In this document: one piece after another, positions 19,777-29,683 of the stretch
Layout of the letters: each line of letters begins with the position of its first letter
Numbering within the stretch: position 1 is the first letter of the stretch
The notes under the pieces: generated by a model
The model's input: the letters and a program-made list of their open reading frames with translations, nothing else
What the model was told of the DNA's origin: nothing
Database searches by the model: none
Program-made: the position numbers and the translations under genes
NCBI GenBank assembly: GCA_039799905.1
Contig: JBDLRP010000019.1
Coordinates: forward strand, 1-64,000
Direction: 5' to 3'
From: Pseudomonadota bacterium
Lineage (GTDB): Bacteria; Bdellovibrionota_B; Oligoflexia; Silvanigrellales; Silvanigrellaceae
DNA: 64,000 nt

Positions 19777-20970
19777 TTAAGGTGAAAAGATCTCTACAGT
19801 GTGAAGAGGGCCGGCGGTTTTCCGACCGGCCTCTGGTGTGTCTGAGAGCCCGCCGACAAACAAAACTTTACCGTCTGGCAAAAGATTTGCACTGTGCATC
19901 CAGCGCGTCATCGACATCCTTGCAGTCTTACTGCAGGTCATTTTTGAAAGCGCGGCAAAGCTGCAAATTTCAGACTCTTTGAGCGGTTGGCCATCTTCAA
20001 CTCCACCGGCAACAAGAAAGGTTCCATTGCTTAATCCGGTCAGCGTATGCAGAGCACGGCGGTGAAGCATTGCTCCGGCATCTTGCAGCGTGCGCTTGCC
20101 GACGTCGAGAATCTCAAGTGAATCGCTACTGCGCGCAGGTGCCTTCAGGCCGCCGGAAATGAGAATTCGGCCGTCGGCGAGCAGCGCACTCGAGTGATAA
20201 ATGCGCGGAGTGTTCATTGTGTGCTCAAAAGTACTCGCCGTCAGAGTTGCAACGTCGAGCAATTCAATTGAATCGAGAAACTCGGAATTGCGCTCAGGGT
20301 CCGCATGCGAGGGCCCGGATTCTCCACCGATGATGGCAATTGTTTTTTCGTTGACCAAGATTGCGCTATGAAAAGCTCGCGGTGTTGTCAGCAGGGAATC
20401 GATTTCGTGAAACTTCCCGCTCGTCGGATCCCAGATTTCTATGCTGTCGTGATAATAGTTGCCATCTGTTCCACCAATAACAACAATGCGGCCGTCGGCG
20501 AGTGATATTGCCGTGTGTCCGCTGCGATCGCGGATCATATCTGCACCCGCCGAAAAAGTGTTTGTCTTGGCGTCGTAAACGTCTGTACTGCGTATCGCTG
20601 TCTCGTAATCCGAGGAGCCGCCGATGAACATCGAGCGGCCGTCCGCGCGTCGCACGTGTGCAGCCGCGCTTCGCAGTGTGGACATTGGCAGCGCAAGTGT
20701 TTTGCTTGTTCCGCGTCGTGTATCGAAAATCTCAGCACTATTCTCGCCACCCAATTCCGCCCACGCGCCGCCGGCGATGAGAATTCGTCCGTCTGGCAAG
20801 ACTTCAGCTGAGTGTCCGGATCGGCCAAACTGCAGAGCGACAGGGAGCTTATAAAATTTCCCTGCATAAAAACCTGCGGCAGGGCGCGCGCTCCGATGCG
20901 CCGAACCGTGTGAAGGTAACAGCGGTGAAAAAAGTACTGCGCCTATGAGGAGTTGGGTTACTTGTTTCAT
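19777..20970 (-). CDS. Secreted kelch-repeat beta-propeller protein
   Basis: About six repeats of R-x-x-H-(S/T)-A-x-x-L-x-DG-R-(I/V)-(L/V)-I-x-GG, with an N-terminal signal peptide. Confidence 0.9.
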   Translation of the reverse strand: MKQVTQLLIGAVLFSPLLPSHGSAHRSARPAAGFYAGKFYKLPVALQFGRSGHSAEVLPDGRILIAGGAWAELGGENSAEIFDTRRGTSKTLALPMSTLRSAAAHVRRADGRSMFIGGSSDYETAIRSTDVYDAKTNTFSAGADMIRDRSGHTAISLADGRIVVIGGTDGNYYHDSIEIWDPTSGKFHEIDSLLTTPRAFHSAILVNEKTIAIIGGESGPSHADPERNSEFLDSIELLDVATLTASTFEHTMNTPRIYHSSALLADGRILISGGLKAPARSSDSLEILDVGKRTLQDAGAMLHRRALHTLTGLSNGTFLVAGGVEDGQPLKESEICSFAALSKMTCSKTARMSMTRWMHSANLLPDGKVLFVGGLSDTPEAGRKTAGPLHTVEIFSP

Positions 20971-21130
20971 CTCGCATTTCCTTTCGCCTGAGGCATATTT
21001 ATTGGTTGATGCTACCGTTAAGAAAAAAAAACGCAAAATGCTTCAATTGAATTGGATATTTGTTTTATGAAGTAGAAAAAATATTCAAAAGAAAGTAATT
21101 CGTTTAATATCAGAATGTTAAATTAATAAT

Positions 21131-21157
21131 TAAATTACGTTTTATAAAATCCGAAAA
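21131..21157 (+). promoter_or_regulatory. Putative sigma28/FliA-type promoter
   Basis: TAAATTAC-N11-TCCGAAAA upstream of the protease ATG at 21193. It lies in AT-rich DNA, so a chance match is possible. Confidence 0.4.
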
Positions 21158-21192
21158 GACTCATGTAATTGCAGTTTGCATGAGGAGAATGC

Positions 21193-22020
21193 ATGATGTC
21201 ACCTGTGCGCGTAAATCTTACGACAAAAGATTGCTTGTTTCGCCTGGGCCTGTTGGCAATGCTGGCTCTTCTTTTTTCAGTTGTCGGCTGTTCAACTGAG
21301 CATGATTTGAGTTCGGAAAATTTGTCTATTCAGAGTGAAGAGCCGGTTGCTGAAATGCAGCCCGACGACACTGACTCCATGGGAATTATTTCGGGACGCA
21401 GTCCGAATGCGCTTGTGAGGAAAAGCACAGTCGCTCTTCTCGCAGGAGCATCACTGTGCTCGGGGACAATCATCAGCGACAAATATGTTCTCACGGCTTC
21501 GCATTGCGTGACGAACTCTGCAAATTTGTCAGGTTGGAAGGTTGTATTCGGCGCGAACATCTATTCAACCCTCTCAAGGCCCGTTGTCAGAGTTATCAAT
21601 GACAACGTGACAGCGAGTTTGTTGCTCCCGGACATCGCTATCGTCGAAATCTCGGGCGGCCTTCCTAGCGGGTATGTCGCGGCTCTATTGCCGACAGCTC
21701 AGACGCCGATTGCAACAAATTCCATACTGACGATCGCCGGATACGGTCGGTGGAGCAATACGAGCACTGGTTCCGGAATTCTTCTGCAGGGATCGGGAAC
21801 GATGCTCGGCTCGGCCAAAAGTCATTACATTCTGGTCGGCATGTCTGGACAAACTCAACACTGCAAAGGCGATTCTGGAGGCCCCACTTACGTCAATGAG
21901 GCTGGAAAAATGATGGTCGTTGGAGTGACGTCCCATGGTGCAGTCCCGTGCACGCAAGGTGCTTATGTCACCGATGTCAGAAAGCAGAGAGCTTGGATTA
22001 GGCTGAAGGTTGGGCTGTAA
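21193..22020 (+). CDS. Trypsin-like (S1) serine protease lipoprotein
   Basis: Lipobox VVGC, mature IISG start and catalytic triad TASHC / PDIAIV / GDSGGP. Confidence 0.92.
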   Translation: MMSPVRVNLTTKDCLFRLGLLAMLALLFSVVGCSTEHDLSSENLSIQSEEPVAEMQPDDTDSMGIISGRSPNALVRKSTVALLAGASLCSGTIISDKYVLTASHCVTNSANLSGWKVVFGANIYSTLSRPVVRVINDNVTASLLLPDIAIVEISGGLPSGYVAALLPTAQTPIATNSILTIAGYGRWSNTSTGSGILLQGSGTMLGSAKSHYILVGMSGQTQHCKGDSGGPTYVNEAGKMMVVGVTSHGAVPCTQGAYVTDVRKQRAWIRLKVGL

Positions 22021-24034
22021 GGCGTATTCCAAGGAATGTGACGTCATCTGCAAGGCTGTTGCCAGACCACAGGCTGCGCGCCGCGAGTTCGAGTTCATTC
22101 ATTTGTTCTTGGAGTGGTGCGGGTTTGCTGAGGAGCGCTCTGATTTTTCTGAAGCTCAGTGCCTCTCCTTGGAGTCCCTCGTTTTCAAGAAGGCCATCTG
22201 TGTAAAGAAGTAGCGTATCGCCTTCCTTTAAAAGGAATTCATGAACACCGTAGCTGTGTTTGCCAGAACCAAGCAATGAGCCACCCCCGGGGATCTTTTC
22301 GCAGAGAATTTTTCCGTCCTCGCGACGGGCAAGAATAGGCCATGTGTGGCCCGCGTTCAGTGTGCAGGCACTTCCTGTTTTGAGATCGATTGTCAGGAAG
22401 CACATCGTCATCAGGCGGCCGGAGCGTCCTGCTGTGTTGAGTAATATATTGTCGAGTGATTCCGCCGCCAGTCGCAGTTGCTCGGCCGGTGGTGCGATGT
22501 GGTCGAGTTGTTTCGAACGCTTTTCCGCGGAGTACACTGCTCCGCAGACAACTCCGGTGAGCACAGCCGAGGTGATTCCGTGGCCGGTGATGTCGCCGAT
22601 GTAAAAAGTCACCCGCTGGTGCTCTTCCTGATAGATATAACCGTACCAATCGCCGCCTGCGACGTCGGCGGGTTGGAAAAAGGCCGCAAATTCCAGATTT
22701 GGGATGGTCTGTGGCACCGGCAAAAGCTGTTCTTGCACCACTCGTGCGGCCTGCAGTTCGCCCTCGAGCTTAGCCTTTTCCATGAGCTCTGCCTGAGTGC
22801 GATCTTTTTCTTTTTGCAGAACGACAATGCGGTATCCAAGAGCGGTTGCCATGCAGACAACCTCCCACACTGAAGACGCAGTTAAAGCATAGAGAATGTT
22901 GTCGGAAACCGGATAAAAACCTTGCGTTGCTCCAACGAAAATCACTGCAAAAATGATAGGAGCGCCCCAGGCGGAAAGGAAAATAATCGCAGGCGGATAT
23001 CTGCGGACAAACGCCGCGCGCCATGCGATGGTAAAGATAATGAATTGGAAAATGCCGGAAAGAATGTTGAAGATAAGTGCGATGTAATAATTCGGTCCGG
23101 TGATGAATGGAACGATGGCAAGCGGTGCCGCAACCTTCATTGACAGTGTGAGAATCTTCTTTTCTGTGATGGCCTGTGTGTTTTTGAGCAGAAAACTGCG
23201 GGCGAAAAGTGCTGTCAGAGCAATCCAGCCGATGGCGCTGGCATACCAGAGATCCTGTGCAAAAAGCGGAGTGTAGGGAAAGATGTATGCCAACAGGCCC
23301 GAGCAGCCGGGGATGACAAGGATGTTGATGGCTATGCTGGCAAGAACGTAATAAATATAAACAATTTCTCGTGTTACAAAGTAAATGAATAGATTGTAGA
23401 GAAGTATGAAGGCGATTCCACCAAAGCCCAGCAGCTGGAGTCCCCACTCGCGGTTTTGAATGTCCTGCGCGGCTGAGGGTGTTGTCAGAAAAGGGATGAG
23501 TCCGAGCCACTGAGCCGTCTGACAGATGACAAAGATCGTTTTTGTTTTTTGCGGTTCAATTTTCAGCGGCAGCCAGAAATCGCGGAATGCAATCGGCCGT
23601 GAGATAAATGGTTCATCGACGCCGGTGCGAAACAGCTCCAGCAGCGTGCTGTCGTTCTGTTCATAGACGCGTAGGTTGCGCAGGTGAGGGTTTCCAAGGC
23701 GCAGAATCCAGTCGGTTTGTTGGCTCGAGTTTTGAACTTCAAAGCGAACAATGAGTTGTCCTTGGTCATAGCCAAAGTTTGGCAATTTTTGGGTCGCCGA
23801 TTTGAAGTTGTAACTGCTCAGAAGTGAAACGGGAAGGTCGTCGACGGTTTCCGATTTTTTCAAATATGCGTAGGAAAAATTTTTTAGAGCTAGGTTGCTA
23901 TCCCCGGCCGACAATATCGTCACAAGTTCGGGCTGTGCGGATTGTGCGGGGGCGTCCGAGGCAGATGCAATTTTCACCGCAGCCGACAGCGCAAGCAGTG
24001 CATAAAAAACGATGAGCAGGCGGCCGAGATTCAT
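21998..24034 (-). CDS. 7TM-DISM sensor fused to a SpoIIE/PP2C phosphatase
   Basis: Periplasmic 7TMR-DISMED2-like domain (NFGY, FRTG...PF..RP), seven TMs, a coiled coil and PP2C motifs AGGDWY, GDITGHG, NAGH, YTDGL and DDVT. Confidence 0.9.
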   Translation of the reverse strand: MNLGRLLIVFYALLALSAAVKIASASDAPAQSAQPELVTILSAGDSNLALKNFSYAYLKKSETVDDLPVSLLSSYNFKSATQKLPNFGYDQGQLIVRFEVQNSSQQTDWILRLGNPHLRNLRVYEQNDSTLLELFRTGVDEPFISRPIAFRDFWLPLKIEPQKTKTIFVICQTAQWLGLIPFLTTPSAAQDIQNREWGLQLLGFGGIAFILLYNLFIYFVTREIVYIYYVLASIAINILVIPGCSGLLAYIFPYTPLFAQDLWYASAIGWIALTALFARSFLLKNTQAITEKKILTLSMKVAAPLAIVPFITGPNYYIALIFNILSGIFQFIIFTIAWRAAFVRRYPPAIIFLSAWGAPIIFAVIFVGATQGFYPVSDNILYALTASSVWEVVCMATALGYRIVVLQKEKDRTQAELMEKAKLEGELQAARVVQEQLLPVPQTIPNLEFAAFFQPADVAGGDWYGYIYQEEHQRVTFYIGDITGHGITSAVLTGVVCGAVYSAEKRSKQLDHIAPPAEQLRLAAESLDNILLNTAGRSGRLMTMCFLTIDLKTGSACTLNAGHTWPILARREDGKILCEKIPGGGSLLGSGKHSYGVHEFLLKEGDTLLLYTDGLLENEGLQGEALSFRKIRALLSKPAPLQEQMNELELAARSLWSGNSLADDVTFLGIRLTAQPSA

Positions 24035-24111
24035 ATGATACCCGATCCTGTCATGTTTCCACCCACTGGAGTTCGCTTACCCCTTTAATTTAGACTTTCA
24101 CCCAGAATTTT

Positions 24112-24137
24112 AAAGGCCGGACCGTTTCGGGTCCGGC
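24112..24137 (-). terminator. Probable intrinsic terminator
   Basis: GCCGGACC-cgaaac-GGTCCGGC followed by CTTT on the minus strand, downstream of the 24188..24979 CDS. Confidence 0.55.
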
Positions 24138-24187
24138 AAGCGTCTGACGCTTTGTTGTGATTGGGAGTGGGCAACTCTGACGCTCAG

Positions 24188-24979
24188 TTATCGCGGGTCG
24201 GTGTTGATAGTGATGCTTGTATGACCCAAGAAGCGCTTTTTGCTGTTTACTTCACGGAGCATATCTTGCCGCAATTCTCCAAGCAGTCGCACCGGCGTAT
24301 CGGTTGCCGCAAGCGCAGCATCTGTGTTGGAGAGGCGGAATCCGTTGCTGTATGGCTGTCCCGTGCTCCATGCGTGAATGACGGACGGATACTCTATCTC
24401 TGCATTCGCATTCACGCCGATCGCGCCGCTGCTCACGTCGAAACCGAGCTGGATCCACTCGAGGTTGTGAGTGGCGGCAAAGCATGCCGTCGAGTAGAGC
24501 ATCCGTAGCTTTTTACGAAGCTGGGCAAATGTGCCTGCGGTGTATGGCGCATCGGCGTCGGCAATTTCGTCTTTGATGTTGCGCATGCTGTGTCCACCAT
24601 CATAAAAGTGGATGACTTCCTCAGAACCATGTGTGTTTACAATCATATCAATTGCTTTGATTTGCGGGTTCGCCGCAAGCGAATAGAGATGGGTTTTCAG
24701 GTTGTGCAATGTCGCAGAACTGTTTCGCAGAACTTTGATTGTCGCGTATTGGCCGCCCAGTGCGCTGCGCGGAACATCGCCTGTCAGTCTTTCCATGATT
24801 GAGTAAAGTGGAGCGAGTTCGGGGCTTGAGCCGACTTCGAGCTCCGAGAGAACGATGAGTGCTCTTTGGCTCTTGCTGACGGCTGCCGAGGCGGTGGATG
24901 GAGTCAAGTGCGCAGTGCCCAGTGCGAGCAGTGGAAGAAGCAGTGTTGATTTGATTTTAGCGAGTGAGAATGCCTTCAT
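24188..24979 (-). CDS. Secreted hypothetical protein, possible clan CD (caspase/CHAT/gingipain-like) cysteine peptidase
   Basis: Signal peptide (ASA) and AGGAG RBS. The hydrophobic strand-HG (IDMIVNTHG) and strand-AC (LRMLYSTAC) motifs fit a His-Cys dyad. Confidence 0.5.
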   Translation of the reverse strand: MKAFSLAKIKSTLLLPLLALGTAHLTPSTASAAVSKSQRALIVLSELEVGSSPELAPLYSIMERLTGDVPRSALGGQYATIKVLRNSSATLHNLKTHLYSLAANPQIKAIDMIVNTHGSEEVIHFYDGGHSMRNIKDEIADADAPYTAGTFAQLRKKLRMLYSTACFAATHNLEWIQLGFDVSSGAIGVNANAEIEYPSVIHAWSTGQPYSNGFRLSNTDAALAATDTPVRLLGELRQDMLREVNSKKRFLGHTSITINTDPR

Positions 24980-25030
24980 AGAGGTCTCCTTTTGAGGATA
25001 AACTGGCGCGGTGCATTCCGGCCTGACTGC

Positions 25031-25056
25031 AAAGTCTCACGTCCAGATGAGACTTT
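25031..25056. promoter_or_regulatory. Perfect inverted repeat, putative operator
   Basis: AAAGTCTCA-N8-TGAGACTTT in the divergent intergenic region. Confidence 0.55.
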
Positions 25057-25135
25057 CCTGATGACATATCTAAAAATTCATGATAAGATTTGATAATCTA
25101 ATATTCGATTGATTATGGATGCTTGAGGTGTTTCT

Positions 25136-26971
25136 GTGAGGTCGGAGCGTCTGCCATCGGAGCTTTGTCGGAAGGGACTGTACCGAAGGGTAGGTGTCTG
25201 GCTGCGTGATGACAACTGGCGTGGTCTCGCAGCTGCTGAACGCAGTTGGTGTTTGTTCGCCTTGTACTTCACGGGTGCCGTTCAAGATGCCGATGAATTC
25301 AGAGACATTTGGCAGATTGACGATTCATCGGCGGAGTTTTCGCATGTCTTTTTTGCCCGCTGCGTCGCTGTTGTCCGATCAGGCGAACTGGCTTTCGCAC
25401 GCAGGGAATGGCTGAGAGTCTATCAAAGATCCAATGGCGCAAGGGGATGGTTGTTTCAGGCGCAGGCCTTTTTCTCGATGCAGCAGTCCCGTTGGAAATC
25501 TGCGGCGCGTTGGGCTGAGCGTGCCGCACATGCCAGCTTCGCAGATGGCGACAATCTTCTGCGCTCAATTGCTTTCGACATGCAGGCGCATGCGGCCGCG
25601 CGGTTGGGGAACTTTTCTATTGCGCTTCGTCAGGCTCAGCGTTCTCTGGAGTGTGCAAAGCTTATTGGTAATACGGCGATTGAAAATGCCGTCCGGGTTT
25701 CGTTGGCATGCTGGGACGCCGAACGCGGCAGCGATCCGCAAAGATCTTTGCGCACATTACGTTCGCTTCTCAAAGAAAAGTCTTTCCATGATTCGCATTC
25801 CCAGTCTGTTTTGCTTCTCGAATTGAGCCGTCTGCTGATTCTCAGAGGCGAATTTTCACATGCACACCAAGCACTCGTACGGATTGAGCGCACTCTGACA
25901 GGGTCAGGAGGACAGCCGCTGTTCCGGCAACGCATCCAGCTTGCGCAGAGGAAAGCGCTTCTTCTGCGGCTGAGTGGACGGCCCGATCGCGCGCTGCAAA
26001 TGCTAGAGCAGGTCTATTCTGGAATTCCCGAATTTGAGAAGTCACTTCGTTTGGAGGTCCGCGGGCAGATGATTACGTCAGCAGGTGAGTCTGGCATGTC
26101 TGTTCCGGAGACCTGGTTGAGTGAAGAGTCGCAACTGACCGCAGTGGTCCGCACAGAGCGTGCGTTGAGAACTCTGCGGAGAAGGCAAGCTGGCAACGCA
26201 GACCATTCATCGCAACTGGATGACCGTCTTGGGGTCATGGTTGATGAACTCTGGATGCAAAGACAATCGACAGTCACGAGGGAAAAGATTCTCGAGGCAG
26301 GATGGTTTGCACTTATAGTCCCGCGCAGACGAAACACTGAAGAGCCGGTGTTTTATGTGTTGCGGGGAGATGAAAAAATTATTTCTGCAACCACACACGG
26401 CATCCGGCTCATTGCTGGAAAGCCGACGCCGCAGATGTTGGCGCTGCTGCGGCTATTGGCTGACGGTGTTCAGACAAAACAAGAGATTTTCAAAGTTATC
26501 TGGAACCGGCGTTATTATCCTGAGCGCGACGATGCTGCAGTCTATGTTTTGGTCGGTAGGTTGAGAAAGTTTTTGCGTGAAGATGCGCATCTCCTTGTCA
26601 GCCGGCACGGTGGATACATGCTTGAGGCGCAAGTCCAGAGTCTTGATGTTGACAATAAATCTGAAAGTAAGCCGTTTCATCAAACGACGTCCATCGGAGG
26701 GTTCGCCGGCAAGGCTTCTGTTCCGCCGGAGGATTTGCCGTCGGTTCGAATCCTCGTCCTCTTGGAGTGGAGCAGAGGGCAAAATTCTTTCACTGCTGAG
26801 CAATGGCAGAAGCACGCGTCACTGTCGCGTGCTTCTGCCTGCAGAGACCTCGCGTATTGCTGTTCGAAAGGCTTATTGTTGCGCATGGGACGCGGACGTG
26901 CGCTGTCCTATTGTTCACCGCCGGTAAGAGTGTCAAACAGTGTCGATTTCATTGACACGATGCCTCCATAA
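25136..26971 (+). CDS. TPR-like helical protein with an OmpR-type wHTH and a second C-terminal wHTH (transcriptional regulator)
   Basis: Ala/Arg-rich helical repeats. TKQEIFKVIW...VYVLVGRLRKFL...GGY is Trans_reg_C-like. LSRASACRDL...GLLLRMGRGRALSY is a DeoR/Fic-type HTH. Confidence 0.75.
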   Translation: MRSERLPSELCRKGLYRRVGVWLRDDNWRGLAAAERSWCLFALYFTGAVQDADEFRDIWQIDDSSAEFSHVFFARCVAVVRSGELAFARREWLRVYQRSNGARGWLFQAQAFFSMQQSRWKSAARWAERAAHASFADGDNLLRSIAFDMQAHAAARLGNFSIALRQAQRSLECAKLIGNTAIENAVRVSLACWDAERGSDPQRSLRTLRSLLKEKSFHDSHSQSVLLLELSRLLILRGEFSHAHQALVRIERTLTGSGGQPLFRQRIQLAQRKALLLRLSGRPDRALQMLEQVYSGIPEFEKSLRLEVRGQMITSAGESGMSVPETWLSEESQLTAVVRTERALRTLRRRQAGNADHSSQLDDRLGVMVDELWMQRQSTVTREKILEAGWFALIVPRRRNTEEPVFYVLRGDEKIISATTHGIRLIAGKPTPQMLALLRLLADGVQTKQEIFKVIWNRRYYPERDDAAVYVLVGRLRKFLREDAHLLVSRHGGYMLEAQVQSLDVDNKSESKPFHQTTSIGGFAGKASVPPEDLPSVRILVLLEWSRGQNSFTAEQWQKHASLSRASACRDLAYCCSKGLLLRMGRGRALSYCSPPVRVSNSVDFIDTMPP

Positions 26972-26999
26972 AAAATCCAATAATTCCTGCTACTCCGTG

Positions 27000-27016
27000 T
27001 TGGCATGCGTCCTGCT
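27000..27016 (+). promoter_or_regulatory. Putative sigma54 promoter
   Basis: TTGGCATGCGTCCTGCT (GG-N10-GC) 40 bp upstream of the ATG at 27057. Confidence 0.55.
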
Positions 27017-27056
27017 GGACAGGGTGCAAGAACGAATCAAACACAGGAGAAACTGC

Positions 27057-27527
27057 ATGAGCCGAAACCTTATTTCATTGGTCATTTCATCAGCGTCCGT
27101 GGTGTCAATTCTGTCGGCCGTGGGCTGTGGAAGAGTGTCGTCGCAGAGCGAAACCGCCGGTGTGCGGGAGAACCTCGAAAGCTCGCGTGCGCTCACACTC
27201 AGCTGTCGCGGCTCAACGACACCGCTCAAGCAGCTCACACTGGAACTTTCAAAGCAGTGCCGTGCCCAAAACGCCGAGCTTAAGGCAGCGGGCCTGCCCG
27301 CGTGTCAGCAAGACGAATGCTCAGATTTGGTGACACTCGAACGGGCAAGCTCAAATGCACCGGGTGCAAGCTATATTTACGACTCAGAGGGTCGCACGGT
27401 TGGGATCAAGCTTGAGTTGTCGACCGACATTCGCCTCTCAACACAGGAAAAGCTCGGACTGATTTGCTATGCCCCAGAACTCAAGGCGGATGAGCTGTTA
27501 GGTTCTATGGCAGCACGCTGCAAATAA
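27057..27527 (+). CDS. Small Cys-containing hypothetical lipoprotein
   Basis: AGGAG RBS, lipobox AVGC and six further Cys residues. Start moved from 26940. Confidence 0.7.
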   Translation: MSRNLISLVISSASVVSILSAVGCGRVSSQSETAGVRENLESSRALTLSCRGSTTPLKQLTLELSKQCRAQNAELKAAGLPACQQDECSDLVTLERASSNAPGASYIYDSEGRTVGIKLELSTDIRLSTQEKLGLICYAPELKADELLGSMAARCK

Positions 27528-27589
27528 CTCTCAACTAGATTTTTGAATTTCGCATCATCGAATCATTCCTTTCCTTCAGATTCCCCCGG

Positions 27590-27618
27590 CCTGCGGTCGC
27601 ACGACCGCAGGTTTTTTT
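27590..27618 (+). terminator. Intrinsic terminator
   Basis: CCTGCGGTC-gcac-GACCGCAGG followed by a T-run. Confidence 0.85.
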
Positions 27619-27722
27619 TATGGTAAGGGCGAAATTGGAAGATCGGCGTTTGAGTTTCTACCGGATGCATCGACCGCGAAACCTATCGGTGTTTTGGTAT
27701 TATCAGTTTCAGTTGTTCGAAT

Positions 27723-29519
27723 TTAATTTAGCAGCAAATTAAATTGCGGAGAAGTGTTTCCAACGTGGTCTGTCAGCGCGCCGGAATCAAAAAAAAGCTC
27801 GTTGTTGAGCACGCTGGTAATTTCACAATCGTATACCGAAACCAGCACGAGATGAGTCTCGCCTTGACTTGGCTGATCAACAGGTTTGAGAGCAACATCA
27901 TATTTACAATTAAATGTGGGTGAAAATTTTATTTTGCTGATATCGAGGGATTTGATTCCTGAATGAGGCTCATTGACAGGTACTCTTATCAGGACTGTTG
28001 ATCCGTCGATGGTGGCATTGGCCGTCGAGTTATATAGGATCGGGCCCTGTGAATCGTAACCTACCTTGCCAGGGAGTGGAACTGTCGTTTGCGGGTTTGT
28101 TTCTTGTACAACCGAAAAGTCATAGGTACCAGGTAGTATGATGCTGGGTCCAGTTGTTCCGTCCGGTTGTGGAAATTTTCCACGTGCAAAAAAGGTTCCG
28201 TTGGCTGCGCATTTTACCTCCGCTGATTCACTGTCTTCAATCAAAAATTTCGCAGACGATTTTGTGTTCTGAGAGAGGCTGACTCCAAAATCGCCAACTG
28301 CGCACGTACCCGCTATGGCGAATGGTCCAGAGTTTGGTCCCACCCAAAAATCGGCTTTGGGAAACATGAGAGAGAGTTCAGATTTCTCAGGAATCCCATC
28401 AGCCGATACGAATACCCATTCGTTTCCGAGCATGTCAGCTGGACTAATCCTGCTCATTTTGACTGAACCATCTGCTGCTGTACTTGACCGTAATGTTGCT
28501 GATATTCCTAGAAGATGAGCTGCCCGGATATCACTAAAACTGTCGTCCATTTGGCTGGCTTGAAATTCGGGAAAACTGCGGCCCGTGCCGGAAAGTATTC
28601 CAAGTCTGTGTGCCTTTAAAGGACTCGAAAATGTCAGCATCTTAATGTGTCTGACATCAGGAGGAGAAAGGCTTCCTGCGATTTGCATTTCAGAGATTGG
28701 GCAAGCAGTCATGTCGAACGTTAGGCCGGTGACTTGATCTGAGAGAATGTGCGCGCTGCGAGGCGTGTAAATGCGACTCAGTTCGCTTGAAGTAAAACCA
28801 ACTGCTGCCATATGTGCGGTGGTGAGGTGTGGTTCTGGCATACGCATCGAAATCAGCCCGTCTGCGTTGACGGTATAGTCGGTCGTCCCGAACCATGAGC
28901 GGACAAGTGCTGGACTCCCGCTGGTGCAGAACTTTTCTTTGTGTGCGGCATCAATGAAATCAAACTGCAGAAGCGACATTGAAACTCTCAGAACATCACC
29001 CTGAAACGCGTCAAGTTCCACCGGATTCAGGCTCATTACGTTTGGGTCTTTGAGTTCGATGGCGCCTTCTTTGATGACCTCGCTTCCGCGTGTCACTTTG
29101 TACGCAAACCATCTGTGAGCGCGCTTATATTTGAATATCGTGAGTGGGTCGGTGAGAAGTTTATTTGGCGGTAGAGTTGAAACAGCATAGAACTGTTTTT
29201 CTTGTTCGCTCAGCGAAAGTAGGGTCGCAGAGTCAGCGACTTGCCTCGTTTCTCCAGTCGCTCCGGAAATCGATTCGGTTGTTGCACCGGTAGGCAACGG
29301 CGTGACTACCGGTGCTGCTGTTTCTGTTCCTCCAACGTCGGGACTCACTTCAGGCGTCGCACTCAAAGGACTCGATGGTGCCGCAGAGCCATCAGCTTCT
29401 GAACTTGTCTCAAACTGCACTGTAATTGCCACGGCAACGGGTTTGCCGCCTTGCCTCGAAGTCCAGCTGCAGGCGGTTGAAAGGAGCAAACTGATAAATG
29501 CGGGTCCAAGTCGTTTCAC
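27723..29519 (-). CDS. Large hypothetical lipoprotein, probably beta-sandwich/Ig-like at the C-terminus
   Basis: GTG start (MKRLGPAFISLLLSTAC lipobox), a Pro/Thr/Ser linker and C-terminal YDSQGP...DHVGNTS. Confidence 0.7.
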   Translation of the reverse strand: MKRLGPAFISLLLSTACSWTSRQGGKPVAVAITVQFETSSEADGSAAPSSPLSATPEVSPDVGGTETAAPVVTPLPTGATTESISGATGETRQVADSATLLSLSEQEKQFYAVSTLPPNKLLTDPLTIFKYKRAHRWFAYKVTRGSEVIKEGAIELKDPNVMSLNPVELDAFQGDVLRVSMSLLQFDFIDAAHKEKFCTSGSPALVRSWFGTTDYTVNADGLISMRMPEPHLTTAHMAAVGFTSSELSRIYTPRSAHILSDQVTGLTFDMTACPISEMQIAGSLSPPDVRHIKMLTFSSPLKAHRLGILSGTGRSFPEFQASQMDDSFSDIRAAHLLGISATLRSSTAADGSVKMSRISPADMLGNEWVFVSADGIPEKSELSLMFPKADFWVGPNSGPFAIAGTCAVGDFGVSLSQNTKSSAKFLIEDSESAEVKCAANGTFFARGKFPQPDGTTGPSIILPGTYDFSVVQETNPQTTVPLPGKVGYDSQGPILYNSTANATIDGSTVLIRVPVNEPHSGIKSLDISKIKFSPTFNCKYDVALKPVDQPSQGETHLVLVSVYDCEITSVLNNELFFDSGALTDHVGNTSPQFNLLLN

Positions 29520-29683
29520 GTTGTTCCCTTCGGCGGGCAAAAATTTCCCCCTATCGGAAAGAAGGTCGGCAATACTCGTAAAAAGTAGAGGGTATCTTTG
29601 AATAATTAAATATTTTTATGGTGTTATGTATTTCAAGTGTAAACGCCCGTGGAGGTGCCCGACAATCGACAAGAGGCCCAAAC

